DNA of 64,000 bases, from contig JAAOMT010000602.1 in the NCBI GenBank assembly GCA_016748015.1, positions 695,696 through 759,695 on the forward strand, written 5' to 3'. Within the stretch, counting starts at the first letter, position 1, and each line of letters opens with the position of its first letter. The position numbers and the translations under genes were made by a program. Of the stretch, positions 53,914-64,000 are shown one piece after another. The notes under the pieces were generated by a model, which was not told the origin of the DNA, made no database searches, and was given only the letters and a program-made list of their open reading frames with translations. This stretch comes from Geosiphon pyriformis uo1 (Eukaryota > Fungi > Glomeromycota).

Positions 53914-54606
53914 ATGGGTAAGCGAAAGACTAAGAGAAAGCCAATGGCTAAAAAAAAAGAGTCGCTTGACGTACAATTCAATTGTATGTTTTGCAACCAT
54001 GAACGAAGCGTTGAAGTAAAAATGTAAGGTTTTTCCTGGGAATTTCCACCTCCAATCTCTCTGTCACCTTTACTTTTTCGCTTTAAATTATTTTATGAAT
54101 AGAAAATAAAGAGGTGACATTCTTTTGCTCAATAGAGTAGGATTATTCACTTGATTTTTGAGTCTAAGCTGTGCTCATTCACTATTCTTTATTATAGGGA
54201 CAAAGAACACAAGGTTGGCAATTTGAAATGTCGCATATGTGGCGTCCAGTTTCAAGCAAATATCAATCGTGCGTTATCTTTTTTTCGAATATATTTTTAT
54301 AATGTAAATTTTTAACGTTTGACAGGTTATCTAAAAATTTAAATAGAGCTAAGTGATCCCGTAGATGTTTATTCTGAGTGGGTGGATGCAGTCGAATCGG
54401 TACAAGAAGAGAGAAATAGAAACCGACTTGCTAATGCTAGGAATAAAGGACCTAGAGGTTCATCCGGTATTGATCTTGAAGATGATGATTCGCAATTAGA
54501 ATTTGAAGACGATCATCATTCTCGTGTTGATGCGGATATTAGTACCAGTGGCTTCCAAAAAAGACCCTCCGCTTATGAAGATGAAGATGAAGATGATTAC
54601 GAATAA
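53914..54606 (+). CDS. ELF1: Transcription elongation factor Elf1; exons 53914-54023, 54198-54268, 54347-54606
   Basis: [10 protein letters not shown]...FNCMFCNHE...[30 protein letters not shown] plus acidic tail; GT-AG introns with consistent phases. Confidence 0.95.
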
Positions 54607-55214
54607 TCATCTCAAAACTATATTCCTTTTATAAATGGAGGCAGCTCACCTACGAGCTTCCTAATTGATGGGACGGCAGTTCGCAACTTGCTTTCTGGAG
54701 TAGAAGCTAATTGCTATCGGATCAAGATTTTCGGCAGCTTGGGACCTGGTCCACTAGCAAAAAGAAGTGCCAGGAACCGTGCAATTTAGTCGAATAGTAA
54801 GGCTCTTTTGAAATATATTAATCTATGTGCTATTCTTCAAACGCGCAAAAGATAATTATCTAAAAGAATAAAACAATTAACTCATGGTCGGGAGTTTTGA
54901 GCGATTACCACTATTCATTATGGTGGTTCTCATATCTTAAATGTACAATTTGTCACATCAATTAACAAGCCCTAAGAGTGGTTTGAGCTTTAGAAATACC
55001 GGTTTATAATTTGTAAATATTTCCTGAAGCAATTTCGACAAATTAGAATAATTATCTTGATTCGAATATAACATTTGATAACATCTAGTTTATAAATTTA
55101 ATGTAATGTAATTAAAATTAATTAAAATAATTATGATTTTGTCAATTTTCCAATTTGATTTGATTTTTTTATTGGCTGGTTTTGTAATACTTCCACCTTC
55201 CCTTTTTTTCTTAA

Positions 55215-56397
55215 ATGGCAATACTTTCTAAACCAACAACAGGAAGCAGCCTTAACCCTTTAGCCTTCGCTGGCTTCTTTCGTCCAAGCCCTTTTCTTGA
55301 TCATTTGGTCAGGTTCCTAAGCTCGGTTGGAGGAACTGATAAAGTGTTCATGGTAGGTTTTCACATCGCCGTTTAGCCTTTAGTCAGGTTGAGTCCTTTT
55401 GAGAAGTATTCTCTTTCTTCAGGCTCAAGACGATTGAGTGTTTTAAACGAGAAAGCTCCGTTGAACCAGATAAATATGAAACTATTTTCAAAAATCATTT
55501 GTTAAAAAATATTTTTATTTATTACATTTTTAATTAAATTTTGATGGATAGTTTATACAATATTATTCCAAAATAGTTACCTGGTTTCTTTTGCGCTCGG
55601 GTAAAACTACAGTGGCAAAAAGAATCACCAATCTGGCGTCCCCGGTTGCGGATTTCCGTGTATTGCTTCGGTAATTTAATGGGGATGAACTCAAAATAGC
55701 TCTTTAAACAAAGAAATTGTATCACCTTTCCAGAAGTCGCATGAATTATTAATCCAATACTAATATTTTTCATAGATATTACGGTTTGATCAACCTTATT
55801 CAATGGATGATTTATATTGAACATAATCCTCCTCCATCTCGACTTTTACTCAACATTGCACGCGTGCAAAATTTCTTGAATCTTTTATATTACCCGCTCG
55901 AGCATGCTTGGTGGTTGGGTGCCCACAATGTTGTCCCACTTTCCACAAACACTATGAATAAAATTGGAATTTGGAGTTGCCGATTCTGGGCTGGATATGT
56001 CATTTTACAATTCTTGCATTTATATGAGCAGTGGCGACTGACAAAAAAACGAAAAACCGATATTAGTAAAAAGCTTGATGCAAATGAAGAAGAGGCTCGA
56101 CATGAAGAGCGAGCCTTAAGTGTTGATGGTGAGAGAATTGTTCGGGATGCAATCATCAATGTTGGATATTTGCCATTGACGGTGAGTAATTTTTATTTTG
56201 TATGTGTTCATTAGAAAGATGAAACATCTGCTTTCGCATAACAGCGTCATTGATAAATTGTTTTTTTCTGGCTTGAAAATTAATTTGATTAGCTTCATTG
56301 GTCAATTGAAAATTCTTCTTTCCCTGAAATTGGTGTTGGAATCTTTGGGACTCTTGCAGCCTTTTACCAGTTAATTGGGACCTGGAAAGCAACCTAA
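55215..56397 (+). CDS. PEX11: Peroxisomal biogenesis factor 11 family protein (Pex11C/gamma-like); exons 55215-55352, 55552-55670, 55776-56181, 56293-56397
   Basis: LVRFLSSVGGTDKVFMFIQY...DFRVLLRYYG...YYPLEHAWWL...WSCRFWAGYV...YLPLTLHWS; GT-AG introns in phase. Confidence 0.88.
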
Positions 56398-57042
56398 TTA
56401 ACGGATTGACCTTTCGAAAACCGTTTAATTGTAAGTTTTGATTTGATATTCATTTCATATCCCAGGATTAAGTCTTTGTGTCTGAAAATAAATTTACCTA
56501 TTGTCTGTCAATTTCACTGATGGCTTGTTTTGTTATTCAAACCTTGAGAAAAATCCAAAGTTTGAGATCAAAATAACATCAAAGATACATTAATACTATT
56601 TTTTATTACAGTCGCGAAGATATTATCAAAACGATATTTGTTATTTTTCGATTTGAGACGAGTTTTAATTTAAATATATAAAAAGTATAAATGCAAAATT
56701 GTTTAACAATTAAAAATAAACAAAAACTAAAATAATATATATATAACCAAATTAATTATTACTAATATTTTACAATTTATTTTTAAACAAAAATTATATT
56801 GTTACAAATAAAAACAAGCTAATAAATAATAAAAGTAAATACTAAAAATCAATAAAATTAGTTAAAAATTACAACAATAATAATTAAAATAATCAGTTTT
56901 AAAATATCAATTTTTAATTTACAAAAAAGTTAAAAATGAAAAATAGAATTATAATTATTGATAAAAAATAATGCTATTATTATAATTTTATGCTATTAAA
57001 TTTTTTAAAAATGTTTTTTATGTTAAATTATTTTAATTATTA

Positions 57043-60000
57043 TTTTTTTTTTAAAAAAACAATTTATTAAGTAAAGTTCAACCATTATCTAGTATAAAGA
57101 ACCAGACTAAGTGGTTCAAACTAAACATGATTTATACTCTTATTATATATAATTAGTCACTCAGGCCAAACAAAGCAATATTATATACTTATATTAACAT
57201 ATATGTTATCACTTAAACCAGAAAAAAAGAGACACAGCTTATGTTTACCAAAACTGACTGCAAAAGACTCAATAATACCAAGTAACTTAATTACTTTATT
57301 TAATAGCATAAACATCACATTACAAAACAATTTTAATATCAAACTACTATTTTCAACCAAACCAGCTTTCTCTATATTCATCTTATAACTGAATTTTGCC
57401 AGTTATCTCTTAGTACAATATAACTTCACAAAATATCTTACATATTTAATAACAATAAAGATAATTTTATTCTTCTCATCAAAAATCTCAACAGTTTTTG
57501 AATACCAATCTCTTAATACAAACCTTTTATAAATCACTACATACAGATTCACATCCAAAGAACATTTAGAAAGTATTCACAAAACAGTAGAAAAAAACAA
57601 ATTACAAGTACTTGTCAAAGCAATCCATTAAGTAAAAGTCTTAACCAAAATCTCTTCCTAAACATTAATATTTTAAACACAAATAAAGACATAATCAGAC
57701 AATTTTATCTTACTATACAATAAATATAACACATCAGGATATTTTTTATTATACAATCTCTTTTTAATTATTATTAGCAATTATCTATGCACAGCTTTTA
57801 TTAAGTACATGCACAGATTAACAGATTTTTTACTAATAAACTCAGAGAATATGTGCAAATCAAAATGCTAAATCTTTATAGTAGTCCTTTAATTTACTTT
57901 TTTGATTAGTGTACATAAAATTATATTATAACTAGGACCAGTTTTCCATCAAACTTAACAAACAGACCTAAATAAATTCCAAACAAAATAACAGATATTG
58001 CCAAACACAGCTGTGTTTTTAGCCACCAAGAAACGTTTTTGCACTCTTTTTGGCAAAAAAAAAAGATTAAGCAGTTTTGCCTATTATTAAATCAGTCTTT
58101 ATATTGCCAAAAATTTTGGAATAATCTTTAATCTTTACTTAATTTACAGTAAAATTTTTATTCTAAATCAAATTAGCAATATGTCTTCTTTCTATTCAGC
58201 ATTAATTATAAAAATTTGGTACAGCAAACATTATTTCAAACACAAATACATTAATAGCAGCTTGGCTGTTCAGATACAAAACAACCACACAAAAAAATAG
58301 AACACACTTTAATAATAAAGCAACAGTCTGTAATTTGATCATAGTAAAAGACAAAAGCCCATATATCTTAACATTAATACTTATATTTATAGCTAAAAAG
58401 TAAGCAGCTGTCTTATTAACAACATTAGCAAAGCCAGCATTTTTCAAAAACCTATTAATATAAATCTCAATTGTGTTAGACCAAATCTTGTGTAAACAAT
58501 TCTATATCAGAAAACTCTTTAGATTTCAAAATATTCAAGCCAAAATAACTGATTAATTTCAGCAAAATCAACCAATACAGAATTACTAATATATAAAAAC
58601 TTTAATGTAAGCTTGAATTAATAAGATACAGAGCCTTTGAAATTCAATCTCTTCTATTAAAAAAAAGTTTTTCAGTTTATTATATTGTCTTTTTTATTTA
58701 AAAATTTATTATAGAATACAATCTCAAACTGCTTTAAAAAACAAACAAAACTAAGATACAAAATTTTTTCCAAAACAACTAACATAAAAAACTTATTAAA
58801 ATTACAAAATACATTGGGCAAATTATTCATTAAGAACAACTTATTGTCCAAAAAAATTTTTACCATCTTAGCCAAAAAATTGTTTACTAAACTAACATGT
58901 AACTTAATAAAAAACTACAAAAGATTCAAAGAAATCTAACCCAAAACCTGCAAATTCAAGAATTTGTGATTAAATAAATGCTTAAAAATATCTCAAGCAT
59001 TAGAAAAGACAATAAATACAGCCAATTTTTTTTCTGACTGCATTTGTTTAAATAGTTTCAAATTATATAAGAAAAAATGATACAAAATCTTATTAAGAAA
59101 ATTACATAATAAATAGGCTTTAGACTTAAGGCTTTTCCCAACTATAACATTCCATTTGTAACACATATTTGATAAAACAAAACTAAACTAAGTCTTATAA
59201 CTGATAATAGATTATAATACAGCCAAAAGCAAATATAAGAACTGCTTATTTATAATAGTTTTCTTAAGTATTATATTAACAAAAAATCAAATATTAGAAT
59301 GAGTTTTGGTTAAACTTGACTTGGACAACTTCTTAGTTGACAAAAAAATCCCTAAATATTTGTACATTTCATCTTTCTTGGCTATTAAAATTAACAGACC
59401 ACTAATCCTTAAAGAAATAACCTTAATGCTCTAGTTGATAAAAATAGCCACTATTTTTTCATTATTGATAAAAATATTATTAATTGAAAAAAATTCACTA
59501 ATAATGTCTAAAGCATATTGTGTAGAAGCTTGACAATTCTTGACTCAAATTATATTATTCACAAATATGTCAACAACAAAAAAGAAAAACATTTTATCAT
59601 TATTCTCTATCTTGTTTGTCTTGGCCATAAATTTAGTATTAATCTGATATTCACACAAATGTTTATGCTTCTTAACTTTACACAAAAGTGAATTGTAAAA
59701 AATTTTTCAAAGAAAAGATAAAAAGACTTTATCTTAATCTAGTCTATTATGTACTTTATAGCCATCCAAAAGACCAAAATTAATTAATACTTAATTGATT
59801 CTATTCTTATATATATTGTCAAAAAATCTTATAAATCTGTTACACATTTTAATTCACTGCAAACTGGCTCTTAAATGGTGCCAGCCAACCAAGTTATATG
59901 CTTTACACATATTTTATAAGACCAACCAAAGTTTTTTATTTTTTTCTAAAGCATCTTTAACTACTAACTCAATAGCAAATACAGAAAACTGAGTATATAT

Positions 60001-60336
60001 GTCTTTTAAAACAAAAAAATTATTACCACAAAGAAAACCAAACTTGCTACATACAAACAAAATTTGATTAGATAAAACTTTGAAAAAAATTTTCTTGGCT
60101 ATTTTAATCAAACTAATAGGTTAAGTGTTTATTAAATCTCTATTCCAATCATAAAGTTTAGAAATTATTGAAACTTAAGCTCTTTTTTACAAAATTGAAA
60201 CACTACTAAAAAACAAATATGTATTTAACAAATCCAAAAGACACTTTATTACATTATTACTATTATGTTTTTAAAGTTTATTAAGAATATTAAACAAACT
60301 AGCAGCTTTGCCACCAGGCAAACTATTAATCACCAA
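57043..60336 (-). mobile_element. LINE-D, 3' half (RT-RNaseH-Zn finger-3' UTR-polyA), interrupted by G4
   Basis: Poly-T at 57043-57052; ...YVNISI*; RNaseH and RT remnants; breaks at PGGKAA next to the G4 LTR. Confidence 0.85.
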
Positions 60337-61260
60337 TGTTACAAATGATTATTTGGGATCTCAAATCAAATAACAAATCTGTAACTTGGTGCTTAATATC
60401 TTGACAATGCTGGTGTTACTGATATATTAGTTGTATCTGAAGGTTTTTAGAGTTGAGTCTTTTGTATAATGAACAGAGATTCAGTATTAATGTAGTTGGT
60501 TGGTGAGTTGTGTTCCCAATTTCTGTCTTCAGCTTGGTGGCCAGTTTATTCTGGCATTTATGCCCTTCTGGTAAGCTATTTGTTAATATATATATAATTT
60601 TACTCTTATTTCTGGGTCTTTTACCAAACTATCCATGACATCAATTACTCAACACTTTAATTTTTAATCAGTTAATATACAACAATAAAATCAAGAAAAG
60701 AAAATAAAAGAAAAAAATAAAGAAATAAGCCAAAGCAATATGCAAGTTAGTATCTGTTAATAGCTGTGATCAAGAGCTATTGTTCTAGTGTGATTAAGTA
60801 TTGATTACTATCAACATGAAGTGTTAATAGTGAAGAGTGAATTTGGATGGTGAATGATTTATTTATTTGATATTTGTGGATAGAAGGTTTTTAACTAAAA
60901 GATTCTGCTTTTTCTACTTTTAATATTACTGCTATATATACATAATTGATGTTCTACAAGATTGCTCATATTTCTGAGCAATGTGCTATGATTTCTTGAG
61001 CAATGTGCATATTGCTGAACAATGTGCCCTAATTTTCTAACATTGCTCTACATTGCTAAGCAATGTGCTGTGCTTTCTAACATTGCTCTACATTGCTGAG
61101 CAATGTGTCATGATTTCTGACATTGCTCCATATTGCTGAGCAATGTGCCATGATTTCTGACATTGCGTCACATTGCTAAGCAATGTGCTCACATGCTAAC
61201 TACTATTCTCTTATTGGTCTGCTATTTTTTATATCTGTTTTCTTTTTTTCATGAGTAATA
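60337..61260 (-). repeat. G4 3' LTR (~924 bp)
   Basis: TGTTACA at 60337; decayed TAATA end abutting the PPT. Confidence 0.8.
60955..61195. repeat. 40-bp tandem repeat with CATTGCT-N-AGCAATG dyad in G4 U3
   Basis: Units start at 61041, 61081, 61121 and 61161, with degenerate copies at 60960-61040. Confidence 0.92.
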
Positions 61261-61273
61261 TTATCTTCTCCTT

Positions 61274-61909
61274 TTAATATTGAGCTCTGTCGAAATCTTT
61301 ATTTTGAATTAATTCTAATATTTTTTTTTCAAGTATTGTTTGTTTGACTCTGTTCTTCATGTCTTTTACTTGTGTATTGTTCATTCTTTCCTATTGATTA
61401 ATGGTTATAGTTTCCATGTCAGAATATAACAGTATTTCTGGATAGTTCTGAAATATGTTGTGCAGTCAGTAAATTGTTCTCACATGTAGTGTTGAGTTTG
61501 CCTTTTTTCCAATAAATTCTTTAATTTGCTGTATTATGTTTTGGTTAAATATCCTTTTGGATTTGTCAATATACAACTCTTGAATATTCAACTTTCGACC
61601 TAACTGGTAGTAACAGTATGATATTGGAAGTTGTTCTGTCCATTGCTTCCAATTCTTTTTTGTAAGTTCTTCTGTTGGTGCCATAATAGGTATTTTCCCA
61701 AAAGTGTTCTTTACTTTTTCTATTATGTTATCTGACCAGTTTTTATCATTCTTTGGTAACCACTAATATGGTGTATTTTTTGTCTTTCTTTTGGTGTTTC
61801 AATAGCAAATTGTTTGGTTGTTAATGATAATTTCTATGTTTAAAAGTTGTTGACTTAAGGCCTGGAATAATTGTTAAGCTATGACATGAATATGATCTGG
61901 TATTTCCAT
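61274..61909 (-). pseudogene. G4 ORF3 homologue
   Basis: MEIPDHI...PISYCYYQLGRKLNIQELY...RIF...DFDRAQY*; clearly similar to G1 ORF3. Confidence 0.8.
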
Positions 61910-61969
61910 TTTTCTTGGTTGTCTTTGTTACGTATACTGTGTCTTTATATACTTTTTTATTGTTTGATT

Positions 61970-63346
61970 TTACATGTTTAGTCCAATGATTATAATTGGT
62001 TCCAGATTTTGTGAAATCTTATCTGGTTAAACTAGTATTTGTTGTACTCCTAATTGTAGAATGTTATTAGTAAATGATAATACTATTTGGTGATATGGTT
62101 TCAGTCAATTACCATGTGCTGCTTTGGCTAAGATTTTGTTGTTTCATCTTAGTTTATAAGCTCTATTTCCAAAAATTTCTTCTATGTAAAATGGTCCATC
62201 CCATTTGGGATCGAATTTTCTATTCCATTGTTTTTCTGCTTTGGTATGATGTAAAAGTACTTTGTCTCCAATCTTGAATTCAACTGGTTTATCTGGTAAT
62301 TGGTTATCATGTCATTCTTTTTGCTTTTTTTGAGACTTTTGAATGTTATCAGCTGCTTTTTGTCATATGTTTTCTAGTGTTTCCATTAAGTCAAATGTTC
62401 TTCTCAACAATGTTTCTTGAAAATTAGCTTCTGTTATTGGTTCTGTTAAATATGTGCTAACCTCTCTCTCAACTGATAATATTGCTGTCCTACCATATAT
62501 CAATTCAAATGGTATTGCATATGTAGTATTTTGTCTTATTGTTCAATAAGCAAATAATACTGATGGTATAAACAAATCTTATTCATTTTGGTTTTCTTGA
62601 CTGATTTTGGCAATTGCTTCACACAGTGTTCTATTAAACCTTTTGACTAGTCCATTTGTTTGTGGATGATATGGTAATAATAATGGTCTTTTTATCCCAA
62701 ATCTCTGACTTAATTTTGTTAATATTCTATTCACAAAATGAGTTCCTTAATCTGATAGTAGTTTTTTTGGACATTCATATCGACATATTAAATCTTAATA
62801 GATAAATTTGGCAATGGATTCTGCATCTGCTCTTTAAATGGCTTTTGCTTCTGGTTATTTAGTAAGATAATCCATGGCTACTGCAATATATTTGTTGCCT
62901 TTACTGGTGATTGTTAATGGTCTGACTAAATCAATTCCAATGTGATCAAATAGTTGTCTTACTTTGATTGGTCTTAATGGTTTACTTGGTCTTGTTCCTC
63001 CTCTTTTTTGACAAGCATCACAATTTTGAACATATTAAATGATGTTTGGATATATTGATGGCCAATAATATCTTTTTCTGGTTCTTTCTATGGTCGCTTC
63101 TTTATAAAAATGTCCTGTTGTTGGATCTGAGTGCATGTTAAATAATATTGTCTCTTTTTCTGGTTCTGTGATTACTCTGATTGGTTGATCTGGATTTTTT
63201 CTGTTCTTCTGGTAGAGTATATTTTAATGATTGATAAAATATTTTGATTGTTGTTTTATGTTGTTTTGTTCCTTTTGAGATAATTTCTCCTTGAATGATT
63301 GAGTATTTATATAATGCTAAAGTTGTTGGTATTTTTGTGTGTTCAT
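61970..63346 (-). pseudogene. G4 integrase, separate ORF starting MNTQKY
   Basis: ATG 63346; HSDPTTGH, CDAC, IGIDLV, YHPQTNGLV, KWDGP; ends LEPIIIIGLNM*. Confidence 0.85.
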
Positions 63347-64000
63347 CTTTTGTTATATTTTTGGGTTGAAATGTTTTTAGATTTGTTTCATTCGTAACAA
63401 TCTATCAGCATTTCCATTGTCTTTTCCCTTTTTATAATGTACTGTATAATTAAATAGTGAAAGTTCTATTTTCCATCTGGCATGGTGATCATCTGCAAAT
63501 TCTTGTTTTTGGATTGAAGTTAATTCTTTGTGATCAGTGTATACTTCAAACTTTTGATTCAAGTATTCCTTCTATTTGATAACAGCCCAATAGATAGCTA
63601 AGTGTTCTAGTGCTGGAGTTCCATAGTTTTTCTCAGCTGGACTTAAGCTTCTACTGGTATAAGCTACTGAATGTTCTCTTCCATCTGATCCTTTTTGTGA
63701 TAATACTGCTTTCAATGCTTGACTTGATGCATTAGTGGTGATTATGAATGGTTTGTTGTAATCTGGATACATCAATACTGGAGCTTGGATAAGCTTTCTT
63801 CTTAATGTGTCAAATGTTTCTTGTTAAGCTTTGGTCCATTCATACTTTACATTCTTGGTTTGTAGATGGTAAAGTGGCTGAGCCAGTTTTGAAAAGTCTT
63901 TGATAAAACAGTGATAATAGCCTACGAAACCTAAAAATGTTCTTAGTTCTGTTAAGTTGGTTAGTACCAAAAAGTTTTTAATTACTTCAATCTTGTCTGG

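Larger units (their letters stand above)
60337..64000 (-). mobile_element. Gypsy G4 (distinct LTR family), 3' part: RNaseH, integrase, ORF3, PPT, 3' LTR; continues beyond window
   Basis: TNASSQAL..VLSQ, LEHLAIYWA, YTDHK, NADRLLRMKQI*; integrase 63346-61970; PPT 61261-61275. Confidence 0.92.

Noticed and set aside
60955-61195. CRISPR array
   Set aside because: No unique spacers, head-to-tail repeats inside an LTR, no cas genes, eukaryotic context

Overview
Eukaryotic, AT-rich, transposon-dominated scaffold. By repeat content and gene style it is most likely an early-diverging fungus of the Glomeromycotina type (inference). About 90% of the window is nested retrotransposons. There are four large decayed LINEs (APE-RT-RNaseH-Zn finger) plus fragments. 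Inserted into them are five Ty3/Gypsy LTR elements (G1 1-8436 +, relic GB 15677-28407 -, G2 16777-26702 +, G3 46493-52604 -, G4 60337-64000 -) and two solo LTRs. A small host-gene island at ~53.3-56.6 kb carries spliced ELF1 and a PEX11-family gene. The Gypsy lineage has an unusual architecture repeated across families with unrelated LTRs: (i) one long gag-protease-[~200 aa Cys-rich domain]-dUTPase-RT-RNaseH ORF that stops right after RNaseH; (ii) integrase as a separate ORF with its own start, ending in a conserved LEPIxxI tail instead of a chromodomain; (iii) a non-Env ~220 aa ORF3 before the PPT; (iv) family-specific tandem arrays of short dyad motifs in U3. My main hypothesis is that ORF3 and the U3 arrays form an element-encoded trans-acting (activator or anti-silencing) module. 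Repeat decay is almost entirely C>T/G>A. All domain calls are by eye from motifs, with no database search. N gaps: 5345-5464, 48106-48125, 51539-52226.
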